The notes beneath the pieces are model-generated. The model had not been told where the DNA came from, ran no database searches, and worked only from the letters and a program-made list of their open reading frames with translations. A DNA stretch of 62,918 nt, the filler included, from Perkinsus chesapeaki ATCC PRA-425 (taxonomy: Eukaryota; Protista; Perkinsozoa), in NCBI GenBank assembly GCA_013115145.1. It is 14 parts of 14 records of this genome, joined end to end, with 100 filler letters (N's around TTAATTAATTAA, not from the genome) between each part and the next. Parts side by side here need not be neighbours in the genome. Positions count along the whole stretch, not along the records: positions 1 to 5,560 come from JAAPAO010001147.1; positions 5,661 to 7,073 come from JAAPAO010001976.1; positions 7,174 to 9,004 come from JAAPAO010001765.1; positions 9,105 to 19,940 come from JAAPAO010000871.1; 10 more parts are not named here. One strand, written 5' to 3'. A program made the position numbers and the translations under genes. The stretch's first letter is position 1. The number at the start of each line of letters is the position of its first letter. Shown here piece by piece: positions 1-12,921 of this stretch.

Positions 1-3000
1 TATTATCATCTATATTATTATATAACTAGTTAATCTATTTTATTGATATTGCACTGGTTATATTCTATTGATACATATAATTATGATGATATAAATTAAT
101 TGTAAATATCTAATATTAAGGATATATATGTATTATTCATTAGATCATAATATTATAATAAATACATTAGAGATCTTATATGATATTATATAATTACTTA
201 TGGTTATATTTATAATATATTATTATATTCTTAATCTAGTATAATATCATATAAATTATTAATAAAGACAGGGTATTATAATATTACAAGTTATAATTTT
301 AATACCTATAATTTATACTTAATATTAATTAATTAATATATTATATATTATTAATAAGAAGTAAATATATTATTTTTATCAATAAAATACTAGTAATAAA
401 GTAATATATATTTATATTAATCATATGATAATACCAATATACATTAGTACTTTATATTTTATATCTATATATCATATTATTTATTATTGTTTATTTATAA
501 TATTATTACAGGTTATATCTTATTCTTTATTAATAATAGGGGTTAATAGATAATCTATCATATAGGGATTATTATCTATATTATCACTAATTATTTATAA
601 GGGTCTCAATCATATTTATATTACCTTATTATAAAATAGAGACTCAGTTATATATTATTATAATTCCTAAGTTATATTATTATATTCCATATCTATATTT
701 ATAACCTATTATTATATAATGCTATATTATTAGTAATAAATATATTATAGTCTATTTATATTAATAATACCTGTATACTAGATATATCTATAATAATACA
801 CTATAAATATATATACTAGAAGTTAATATAATAATATGATATAATCTTTATTAAATAATATATGTTAAAATTAATATTAATACACCATGCAATATCAATA
901 GTATATACTAATATTAAATAATTATATTAATGCATGGTGTCTAGTTTATTAATATTAGATATTATAACTTATTAATAATATTGTATAAATATGATATTTA
1001 CTAGTCTATAAATTATCTAATAGATTTATATATAATATACTAATACTAGTGGTTATAGCTATATGAGTATAGCTATCTGTATATATTAATATTATAAGTT
1101 TATCATATTCAATACATTAGATTATTCCCAGCATTACATAAATATATAATATATATCAAATAACTGTATATTGAATATCTATATTTATATCATATAATTA
1201 CAAGTATTAAATTTATATTAAATTATATACTATTAGCCATTACTTTATATATATATCTATCTTAGGTATAATTAATATGAATATGGGATAAATAATAATA
1301 CCATATAATATAATACAAATAATATTTATTAATACATATATAATTAAAATATAATAATAGTTAGACCTGCATAATATAGATAAGAATACATTATATACTC
1401 ATATTTATATATTTAACTAATAATAGATTTATACCTTTATATATAATATCGAATAGCTAATATCTATCATAATAGATATTACATGTTAATATAGATATAA
1501 TTATTACTATATGCCCCTGCTATTACTTATTATATTATATTTAAGCAGGGGCTATTATTTATATTATAACTTTATAGACTATTATATCTAGTTCTAAGGT
1601 TATATAATTATAATAATATCTTTAATGGCTATTGTTAACTAGTAATATATAATCTAATATTTATATTGTTAATGCACCCCATAGAATAGATTTATAAAGA
1701 TATGTATACATATGTTATTATAAATATGATGCTAAAGCTATAAATAATATATATATGCCCCTAATGCTATATTATAAATTATATTATAATAATACTATAT
1801 TTATATCATTATATATAGTTAATAATAAATACTATTGGTTATATTATATATATCTCTATATTATATATTTATTAGTATTAAAAGATAGATAAACCTTAAT
1901 TAGTAGTTATAAAATTATAGATAATATGCATTATAAAGAATAATATATAAATATCGTATTATTACCAATCGCTTATTATTAATTATTATTATATATATCA
2001 TATTATTGCGATTGGTATATTATAGTATAAATTATGGATTATTAATAGTAATATTTATATAGATATCAATACAATTAATTATATATATTATAATACTATA
2101 CTTTATTAATATGATATATTGTTATAATTTAATACTGTTATTATTAATATAAGTTAATGTATACTATATAATATAATAAATTGATAGATTATTAATATTT
2201 AATTATTATAATGTTAATATATAGATAAAAATAAGGTAATAATGATATATAAATGTTAATATTAATCATTATATTATATAAATTATAGATATATCGTTAT
2301 CTTTATTAATAATATATATAGAATAGTGTATAATATCATATATTAAGTTGATAGATTATATTATAGTGTTATTAGTATATATTTTAATCTATTATATCTC
2401 TATTACTAGCTATTTATAATTATATATTAAATATATGGTATTACCTTATTAATATAAATATCACTAATGATTATATTCACTATTAGATATATACTATTAA
2501 ATATACATATAGATATATTATTAAAATATTAATAAATGCCTTACTAGTAATATCATGTATATTAATTATTAATATTAGAATATATGATATAATATAATGT
2601 ATAGAGCTATAACTATATATAATATATAATATAACAATAGAGATATTAGTCATATTAATACTAAATATTGATATTATAATACATTAATAACAGGTTTGAT
2701 AGATATATTATATATACATTTTAATAGATATCTTTAATATTATATTAGATTAACTATGGCATTATTCAATTATTAATAAGGTATTTTATAAATATATTAC
2801 TAATTAATATACAATAATAATATATTCCCATATTTATAATAATAATATATATAGATTTATACCATATAATCTTATTTATCCCTATCTATAGATTTAATAT
2901 ACCCCATTATTAATAGTATTTATAAATATAAGATATCATATAATAATATACAAAGAGATATAATTTATTAATATAATATATAGATTATTCTATACTTTAA

Positions 3001-5560
3001 TATAATATATAATTAATCTAATGATATAACTATGATAATGTATAATATTATATATATATTAATAAATATAATAAGGAATAAACTATTGTATATATTATAA
3101 ACATCAGATGATATTATATTAATACCAGGTTATCTAATATTTATTGTATTATTGTATATATTATACCACTATTTATATATATTTAATTATAACCTTTACT
3201 TAATATTATTATATGATTAGATAAACTATAAATACATATTTAAATCAATAAAATATTATATGTTATACTAATATTAATAATACATATGATAGACTAGTAA
3301 ATATTGATATTTAATAAATTATATTATATTCCTTATATTTATAACTAGATATACTATATATTACCTATTAAATATGATAATTCTATATTAATAATTTATA
3401 ACAAATAGTATTAATTATATATAGATCACTATGGATAATAATAATAAGATAAATTATAAGTATATAAGTAGTTTATAGTAAATAATGTAATTTTTATCTC
3501 ATTTGTATACTTTATTAATATATAATATATAATATTTATATTTTATTATAATAAGATTAGATTTATAATATAGATAGGCTATTATCTTATAATATATATT
3601 TATAACAGGTGATAATAGCCATAAAGATAGATATAATATATATATATAAAGATAGGGATAAATATACAATAGTTTATATTATAAATTATATTAGATCTCA
3701 TATATAGATAATATACCATAACTTAATATTTATTATATACTTATATCTATTATAATATGTTGTATAATGTATCATATATTATATAGAATTATCATATATT
3801 TATAATAAAAGGAATATATATTATATTAACTTATTAGATATAGATATATAGATAATTATAATAAGTAATAATTTATCCTAAGTTTATATAATAATAACTA
3901 TAAATAATATAATAATTTATTAGTGTATAATATATGTTATTAATATGGTTAGTTTATTATAATTAATGGGTAATATAGATCATATATACTATTATTATAT
4001 ATTAAATATTATAAGTATCAATATTAGATTATTAACTATTAGTAGTTATTATAATATATAAGGTGACCTACCAACATTAATAATTATATATCAATCTATA
4101 GTATATATTACCATATTTAATATTAAATCTATATTAAGATATTTATATATAAATATAAGATAACCAATGATTGCTAGTAATATAATTAATAAATATATTG
4201 ATAATGTTATAATATATGAATAGAGCACACCACATATTATATTATATAAAGCCAGCATTTTATTAATTATTATATATCTATGCTGGCTAATGGTGTGCAT
4301 TTATTATATTAATCTTATTACCTTAGATATGAATATATTATATTTATAATATATGAATTAAGGTATTTTATCTCACCCGGCCCATAATATAATAATAATG
4401 CAATGCACTAATATATATATAATTATTAATAAAGGTGCATTGCCTAGATAATATTATAATATATACTTTAACGATATATAATACTTTATATAGAGTTGTT
4501 TATCTATAACCAGCTGTATTATTATTTATATTTATACTATATCTTATTATTTATTAACAGCTGGTTTATTTATAATTTAATATATGCTAATCCTTGGAAT
4601 GTAATATCATATTAATTATGATATTAAGGATTAGCTAATAAAGGATAGATTTATATTGATAGGGTATAGTGGGTATTATTAATAATAGAGATAAATATAA
4701 TATTACTAATATAGAATATATATATATAAATATGTAATATAATAGATAGAATACTATATAAAGTAATATATACTAATTAATATTAATAAATAAGCACACA
4801 ACATATATTAATATCTTATCTTTTATTATAATATATTAACTTATTCTTTATAATTATTGTTATATTAATCTATGTCTATTATATACTTATTATTATAAAT
4901 CTAATTAATTATGTTATATTATATAAAGGGCAGGGTAGATATTTTATTATTATTAAATATTATATATTAAAGTATTATTAATAATAGTAGTATAGTATAG
5001 ATAATATAATTATTATGATATAAATATATATGGTATTGCTAAGAATATAATATTATAAATTAATAATAAATATATATAATTATGGTATACCTATAGATAA
5101 ATAATTAATAATGAGATATGTATATACTTTATCTATAATATTTATATATCTTATACTATTTATTATAATAGATATCTAATAGGATTAATAATATCAATAA
5201 ATCAGATAATAATATATAATAAATAGATGCACCCCCTTACTTTATATTATATTTATATTAGGGGGTGCTATAGATTACTGATATCATATTTAAATATATA
5301 TATGCTGTGCACCTGTATACTTAATATTAATTTATAGATTATATCTTATGGTAATATAATATAAGGAATTACTAAATTAATAATATCATATTAGGTATAG
5401 ATAGATAATCTTATAATATATATAAATCTATAATAATTAAATATATAATTAATACTTATAATACTATATATCTAATATAATGTATACTATATATAAATAT
5501 TACTATCTTATAATCTATAGTTTATTAATATCTTATTTAATACTAATATAATATAATATA
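1..5560. other. Extremely AT-rich non-coding contig with GC-clamped stem-loops; possibly mitochondrial DNA or NUMT
   Basis: Roughly 85-90% A+T by inspection, CpG very rare, no credible ORF. Inverted-repeat stems at 882-940, 1513-1552, 4225-4298, 4400-4443, 4508-4566 and 5229-5268. Mitochondrial origin is inference from the known AT-richness of myzozoan mtDNA. Confidence 0.5.
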
Positions 5561-5660
5561 NNNNNNNNNNNNNNNNNNNNNNNNNNNNNNNNNNNNNNNN
5601 NNNNTTAATTAATTAANNNNNNNNNNNNNNNNNNNNNNNNNNNNNNNNNNNNNNNNNNNN
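5561..5660. other. Assembly spacer (N-TTAATTAATTAA-N), first of 13
   Basis: Identical 100-base spacers at 5561, 7074, 9005, 19941, 37016, 38907, 40336, 41949, 44369, 50794, 52401, 53692 and 54836. The linker has stops in all six frames. Confidence 0.98.
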
Positions 5661-7073
5661 CGGTTGTTGAGCCTATCGTGGTTGGATCGTTAGATGATTC
5701 AACTAGACTTGTAGAAGTCCGCGATAGGCTGTTCAATTCGGGTTTCGGGTTTGTGGAAACCGTGGAGCAGTTCAATTCACTGCCGAAACAAGTGGAGTTG
5801 AGTACATCCTATAAGATGTACCACTTCCACCTTCCACGTCTCCACTTGATCCATAGTGGTATCGTTCTGGGACGTTGTCCCGGAACCTTATGTGATGGAC
5901 AAGTGGAGAAGGGTAAACAGTGTGGCTGCGTGAGTAACAGTAACGCAGTCACGAAGTGGGTGGTGGAACTGACTCTGGGGTGTGACGAGTTGACCAAGCC
6001 ATTCACCATCACTAGTCATAAATTGACAGAGGTGTTTGCTGACCCCAAGGCTATACTCGTAAGTCCTTCGCTCTATATACTCCACAGTTTTTCTTATCAG
6101 GGCTCATGTCCTGTTAGCGGCTACCGGATGAGGACTGCTATCCAAGATATCATCACATTGGTAAACGAAGGAGGAGGATGGGTGGCTTCCGCCTGGATAA
6201 AACCAGGACGAGCCAGACCCAATGAAGACCCCGGCGTTATTGTGGAAGGAAAGCTCCACGTCTGTTCTTTAAAGATCGCGAAGCCAACTCTTCCACTACT
6301 CAATGCTTTGATAGAAAAACGGTGAGAATTTTAGCATGTCTCCTATTTCATCACTTCATTGTTAGGGTGAAACCTGCTCCGGTTAACACTAACGTCAATG
6401 TTCAGCCGGCTTATCGTCAACGTGTTATGCTTAATCAAGCCCAACAACAAGGTAGGATTACATTATGTTGTTTTCTAGTGATTTTTTTCGTGTTAGGTTT
6501 GGCCAATCAAAATATACTAAATCTCAATATGCCAAGTACGTCTAACTAGCGATTTCTTCGGCACATTACTGTACTCTCAGACCCCCCAGCACAACAACCA
6601 GCTAACGCGCCCAATCCCGGTCTAATTGCCGGGCAACAGGTAGTTTATCTTTATCGCTTGATTATCTAACTCGCTCACTTTAGTGGGCTGTCATTCTGCA
6701 TATGTTGTAATTACAACTGAACTTATGTTGAACTTATCTGTCTGAATCGTTGTCTTACTTTAAATCATCCATTAATTATACTCATGTCTTCAGGTTCAGA
6801 ATGTACCACTACAACAGCCACCACAACAACAACAGCCACCACAACAACAGCCACAGCAACAACAGGCACAACAGCCGCAACAACAACAACAGCTGCTTGA
6901 ATTACTACAACAGCAAATGCAACAAATACAGCAGCTACAACAGCAAATAGTCAATCAACAACTACAACAACAGCAACAGTTACAACAATTACAACAGCAG
7001 CAGCAGCAACAACAACAGGCAAATCAACAGCAAAGTGGACAAAACCAACGCCGCGATCAAGGTGGATTCGTGG
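5661..7073 (+). CDS. Partial spliced gene: Cys-rich (zinc-ribbon-like) N-terminal domain followed by a polyglutamine region
   Basis: ORF 5678-6325 ends at a GTGAG donor (~6322). Further short exons with GT-AG boundaries lead into QQPPQQQQ/polyQ at 6790-7070. Contains CPGTLCDG..KQCGC. Truncated by gaps. Confidence 0.65.
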
Positions 7074-7173
7074 NNNNNNNNNNNNNNNNNNNNNNNNNNN
7101 NNNNNNNNNNNNNNNNNTTAATTAATTAANNNNNNNNNNNNNNNNNNNNNNNNNNNNNNNNNNNNNNNNNNNN

Positions 7174-7245
<72 letters not shown>
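7174..7245. repeat. (TAC)n microsatellite
   Basis: About 24 perfect TAC units at the contig start. Confidence 0.97.
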
Positions 7246-7246
<1 letters not shown>

Positions 7247-7599
7247 GAAGTATCCGAATTCCTACGGCACAGCAGCACCAGCACTCTCTAGTGGATTCGT
7301 TCGGGACTACCTTGTGGATTTTCGCAGCACAGCTCCTTCATATTTTGAAATACTAACATTACTATTGTTGCTCTCAGTTCTCCTTCAACCCTGGCCTCCT
7401 CGACCACTCCACCTACTGGTCCGACTCGAGTCTGTCTAACCTCTGTCAGAAGTTGAGGCTTCCGGTACGGTCTTGCCGCAGTCTTTCATACTAACAACAA
7501 TTATGCAGGCCACCGGCTCTCGAGAGGAGATCATCCACCGCCTTCGTACCTGGCATGCGGCGCACAACCCCAATGGGCCGACCCCAGGAGTGCCGAGTT

Positions 7600-8302
7600 A
7601 CCGAGCTACAAGTCAGCTGCTGCTTGCGGTCAGCGGATATTTATTTTAGAGGCGCGCGGTTTTCAGGTGGAAACTTCTGTCTTATCGCCGTCAAGGAAGG
7701 GTTGGTGGCGGAGAAGTTCAAAAGTCCGTTTAAGCGCAAAAATGGATTGGCGTCCAAGCCCATCCTGAGGTACTCTGCACGCGCACAGTTACTCAACCAA
7801 TTCTCTCTTGCAGAAAAGTGTCATCATACAGTCCCACGTCATTCGCTAAAGCGGCCGATCCACTGCTGCCGGTCGTCGAGTCTCCGAGAGGGTTCAAACG
7901 CCCGGGCAGCTCGTACAGCAGTCCAGAGACCGGCGGCAGGCTCTCTCCTTGCAAGGAGCGTCGTCGAAGGTAGTCCCGAGAAAGTCACGCGCCAGGATAT
8001 TGAATAGCCCTGTTCAGTATCTGTCCACCGATGAACCCTACCGATTCTGAAGGGGAGTCCGATAAAACCGCCGAGCGGAGTCTGCCTCTCAAGCAGGAGG
8101 CGAGACTCGGGCAACTAACAGCAACTCCGGCGAAGTCGTAGGCTACACGGAGATTAGCCATCTGCAGTGTTATGGCTAGCAGGTCTCGGGGTGGAATGAC
8201 TTCTGAGAGCTCCACTAAGCGCAAACGCAGAAGGGTCCAGTTTTCCCCGTAAGCTGCAGAAAGAGCGGTAAAGACGCTCCGAGCGTGATTTGGCAGGTTC
8301 AA
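7600..8302 (-). pseudogene. Degenerate, frameshifted ORF of unknown (possibly retroelement) origin
   Basis: Protein-like segments continue across frames (7985-8302, 7839-8114, then ALANDVGLYDDTFLQ...EYLRMGLDANPF). No diagnostic motif. Confidence 0.3.
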
Positions 8303-8931
8303 TGAAGTTCAACTTATGTCGCCACGGCGACTGGTCCCCAGCCTCTCACGGAAACGTCTAATGTTCCAGGCGGTGCCCGAAGAGGTAGGCACACTCCATT
8401 ACTGCACAGAATTCGTCTTATAGGACCCCTTTGCCGAGACTGCACATGTTACTTTTGAAGAATGTCAATGAAGAGCTGTCGTTTGATAGCATATCATCAC
8501 GTACAATAAAGACTGCTGCTGCTGCCCGGAATTGCGTAGTCTTGCATTACTGCTGTGTTAACGTACATTACGGTTTATTACTGTCAATTGTAGCATTATG
8601 GTTTACTTGAAGGCCAGATCAATTACTGATGATAATGTCTTACTATGCGTGTCTACATTGACTGCCTTATTAACTCGTCTTGTGTTATCAGTCGGGGGGC
8701 TTATGTTGCAAGGGCAGATCGCCTTTGTTGGTCTTTACGTTACAACGGGTGTAAAAAGCAAGAACCATGAGAACTCTAGCCATCAGACGGGGCAATCGTG
8801 TCAGCGTCGTAGCTGGGGGGGGGGGGCGGCCTGCAGCAGTGCTCGCCCCCACGCTGCCCCCCCTGCTGGCAGGTATGGGTGCTGTGGGGTATGGGTTTTG
8901 GGGACAGTAATTGACCCTTAGCGGTGTAGGT

Positions 8932-8932
<1 letters not shown>

Positions 8933-9004
<72 letters not shown>
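8933..9004 (+). repeat. Poly-G tract at contig end
   Basis: 72 consecutive G abutting the gap; may be a read artefact. Confidence 0.8.
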
Positions 9005-9104
9005 NNNNNNNNNNNNNNNNNNNNNNNNNNNNNNNNNNNNNNNNNNNNTTAATTAATTAANNNNNNNNNNNNNNNNNNNNNNNNNNNNNNNNNNNNNNNN
9101 NNNN

Positions 9105-10690
9105 AAGCGACAGTGACCATTGAGCCACTGCCGGCATTCCTCCCTAGGCCCAGAGGCGTGAGAGAACTTGCATCGGTCACCGTAGTTGCATGCTCCTCGG
9201 AGATACTGTCGACAGACACTCACCGACTGAGATGGTTTTTGGCCTCCTTGCTGTCGTACTTGACCACCTTTGTCGCGAGCTTGAACTTTGGGTTGCTCTG
9301 CGCGCGTAGTCTTAGCGACATCTGCCTCGGTCGTCCTCTCAGTGTCAACTCTAGCAGCTCTGACCGTCGCTCTAGCGCGAAACTCTCGCCAAGTGCTCGG
9401 ATACTCGTAAGACGCCTCCTTACATGATGCATCATTGACGCCGCCACGATAGGCTTTGATGATGTGGCCGTCGGAGAGATCAACACCGGCGGACTTGCAG
9501 CGCTTGGCCCACTTGTCGATTTTGGATATGAAGCTCGTCAACGATTCATCCGACCGACGAACTATAGTCTCAGACAGCAGCTTTTCAGCTTCCAAGCTAC
9601 CGCCACAGTCGTCCAGGAGAGCTTGGTGGATACATTCCACCGCTTGTGCATAACCGGCCACAGTCAGCGGTGCCTCTTCATCCATAGCATCACCACCATC
9701 GTCTTCGGACACGAGATTAGTGAGAAGGAAGTAGTGCTCAGGTCCCTTCAAACACCACCCTCGGCGAACAACAAAGCTCTCCAACTGTCGCCAGAAACCG
9801 GAAAGGCCACGAGGGTCGTCAATCCCAGTATAAGGACCCCCCTTAAACGCATTGGCGGCTTTGTCGGCGTCCTTGTGGGCTAGCCTCTTACGCGCGTCAT
9901 CAACCACCTCAGCGGATGCAGGGTTTGAACTGGCCCCCACCACTGTCACCTGCGCCGAGAAGGGCCGATGGGAATAGGCCAGATGAGATGGTCCAGATAC
10001 GGGCTCCCCTCCAACCGTCCGCGACGACGAGGAGGTGGGCCTAACCGGTCCATCAGCAGCGTCAACGTTGGCAGCACGTCTCGGCGGCGGAGGCGAGCCT
10101 GGAGGGACCTGCAAGTACCATTCTCGCCATTCGGGAGAGAAGAAGCTGGAGCGCACACTCTTCAGGTCGCGTAGGGCCGCGAGGCTGTGACGACGGAACT
10201 CCGAAAGGAGGTTTTGGGACGACAGACGGTTAGCCAGCGGCTGCGCTTGCAATGCCTTAGTGATGACCATGTGAGAGAGGTTTGAGGATATATGCTCTGC
10301 GTCCGCCGGCGTTAGGACCCCTTCAAGAGCGCTGACACACGCATGACCAACACTCCGCGACACATAATCGGCGAAGGAGTCGCCGTCCACTCCAGTGATG
10401 CTCTCCCTCGCCTCCTCAGTGAGAGCGCTTAGTGGCCCAATCACAAGTGCCTTAGATAGCTCATCAACGCACGACTCTAAGTCAGTTGCACCAGTAGTGA
10501 GGGCCTTCTCGATAGAGGCCAGGATAGAGCTGACGGCGCCGCTGGAAGCCGCCGATAGATCGAGCACCAAACGCTCAGACCCAAAACTGACGGTCAGCGC
10601 ATCCGCCAGGTGAGGTTGTGTCCCCGCATCGGAGCCAGATGTAGGGTTGGGTCTGCTTGAGGTGTGCCCGACTGCAGAACTCGAGGCCAT
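9105..10690 (-). mobile_element. Retrotransposon Gag-like ORF with tandem CCCH zinc fingers (3'-truncated by gap)
   Basis: Gag-like segment IVRRSDESLTSFISKIDKW...KAYRGGV...PSTWREF. C-x7-C-x5-C-x3-H finger CRQYLRGACNYGDRCKFSH and the start of a second, CRQWLNGHCR. Confidence 0.75.
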
Positions 10691-12240
10691 ATTAGTCTCA
10701 GAAGAATAGAAAAACTCTGACTCTCACCTATTTCAATGAATCTAGTTACTAGTCCTTCTACGGACTTGACTTATCATAGGGATATACGCAAGAACAATGG
10801 CAATGAGCAAGCGGCGCGACACATCTGCGCACGCGTGCGGAAAATGTGCGGACTAGGGAGCATCCTAAACTCTCACAGTCAGATTGTAAGTAACATACGT
10901 AAATCAATGAAGGGAACTTTTGCACTGTGTAACACCATGGTGTAGTTCTGATTAGTATTGGCTTAATGAAGGCTTAGCTAGAAATGATGAAAGTCGGCGA
11001 GTCGCAGACTGCGAGTCTTGTAAACTGCTTCCAATGAGCAATCCTACTGTGTCACACAGTCTGTGTGGACTATAAAACATTTTAAAGTGTCTTCCTCAGA
11101 AAAAGTTCTTCTTCAGTTGCCTATGGAGTTCTGTTCTTTGGCACCTATTATGGATACACGTTCATGACGGATGAAATGGGTTTGCTACCGAGTCGAAGAT
11201 TGGTTAATATGCCGTTTGTTCTCGCAACTACATTCGGCAATTTGTAAGTTCTTCGCCTTCATCCGAGCAGCGAATTTCCTCCGTCTTTGCCCTTTGTGCA
11301 GTTTTCGTCTATTTCTATGGCATACAATGGAGATTGCTCAGGTACGTCATGGGCGTAGTAGGGCTCCTTGACTGTATGATACCGAAGGACCGAGAGATTC
11401 CGCTTTTCATGCAAGGATATCAGGTATTTCACGGTGCCTTACCGCGAGCGTCCAGTTACCAGTGCCTTGTCAGAACTCGATGCTTGTTATGTTCCTAGTT
11501 GGCAACACGGTCACCGGAGTAACTAATTATTTGCAGCAAGCATTATTGGTGAGCGCTTTTAATACGGCGTGAGAGTCTTCCGCAATCTTTACTAGTGTTT
11601 CGCCTTTTAATATCTACGCACCATAATGTTCTTATTATTATAGCGCTCCTTGAGAATACATTTCTTATGGTCCATAAGCTATGGAAATCTGAGGTATTCA
11701 TGGACGCACAGTGTAATTTCAGATGAAGACTTAAAGGGATTCGGGAATTATACTTCATTGCTGTAATGGCAGTGCATGCACATCACGGGCACGCGGCCCC
11801 TCCCGACAAATTTGTTATTGGATACACTTAGTTTAAGAGTCGAGTATGACGAAATCTCTACGTTCACTGTAGGTACCTCCGTTAATTGCCACGATCTACA
11901 TCCATTTGTATAGCGCACTTCTGGTGCTCGTAGGTGACTATTGTGGTAGGAAAAATTTGAAACTGAAGTTTTGGTGAACGCTATGGGAATGAGTAGTTGT
12001 GTTAACAAGTTAATAGAAATTATATTAAGGACATCGTTCCTGGATTCCACTTTGGAATACAAAGGCGCTGCTGGGACTGAAAGGGTCTGGAAGGGGGGGG
12101 GTGGGAAAACGCAACTGCAATGCAAGAGACGCCAAGCCCCGCGGATGCACGACCGACCAAATAAATTCATCAATTCGTGCAACTCAGCACCAATACGCGT
12201 GCCGAGTCTTAGCTAATGTGTCGTCTGATCATTCGAGTCG

Positions 12241-12921
12241 CAGAACTTAGGGAACGTTTCAGCAGCTTTAAGACGTTTTGCAGACTGCGAAGAGGCAGCT
12301 GGTCACCTAGATTTGGACACCGCTTGCAGGAAGGAGTTATCGAAATTCTTCGGTCTTCTTGTGCAAGAAACTGGTTTGAATACTGGTTTGGGACCAATCC
12401 CTCGTGGGCGACAAGGTCTCTAATACACTTCTGATATTGGATGCGATAATGATGCTTGTAGGTATTGTTCACCTAACCCTCAATACCCTTGTTCTCCTGG
12501 TAAGGGTTACTGTGGCAGAGGAGCCTTACAACTATCAAATAAATTCGATTACGGCGCATTCTCAGAGGTCATCTATGGTGATAAACATGTACTTTTGGAC
12601 GACCCATATTCTCTTATGACGGCTGAGAACGGCACCTTGGCTATCATCAGCGCTGTCTGGTTTGTGATGACTCCACAAGAACGCAAGCCTTCTATCCATG
12701 ATATTGTAGTTGGTAAATGGCAGCCAAGCGAGGCGGATAAAGCCGGTGGTCGATACCCAGGGTTTGGTGTCGCTATTTTAATCATCAACGGAGCGCTAGA
12801 ATGCTATGGTCTAGATGACCAAAGGGCTTTAAATCGTATCGCTTCTTATAAAAAGATGGCCACCTATTTCAACGTGCAGGTGGACTGTCTCTACTTGATT
12901 AGCCCTTTCTTGAGACCTTAA
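12241..12921 (+). pseudogene. Glycoside hydrolase family 19 chitinase, disrupted
   Basis: One frame reads ACRKELSKFFGLLVQETG...RQGL*YTSDIGC...[10 protein letters not shown]...[27 protein letters not shown]...[15 protein letters not shown]...NRIASY. These are GH19 hallmark motifs, with an in-frame TAA at 12421-12423. Confidence 0.88.

Noticed and set aside
4091-4300. Hydrophobic ORF as a cox1/cox3/cob fragment
   Set aside because: No HPEVY, PEWY or other conserved motif found even allowing frameshifts; I/Y/L richness follows from AT content.
5561-5660. Recurring TTAATTAATTAA motif, and ORFs running into N runs (e.g. 6917-7129, 9053 end, 38951-39157, 44413-44625)
   Set aside because: Artificial contig linker; these ORF ends and any cross-gap synteny are artefacts.
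8933-9004. Poly-G tract as a G-quadruplex element
   Set aside because: Sits at a contig end, where homopolymer read artefacts are common; cannot be validated here.
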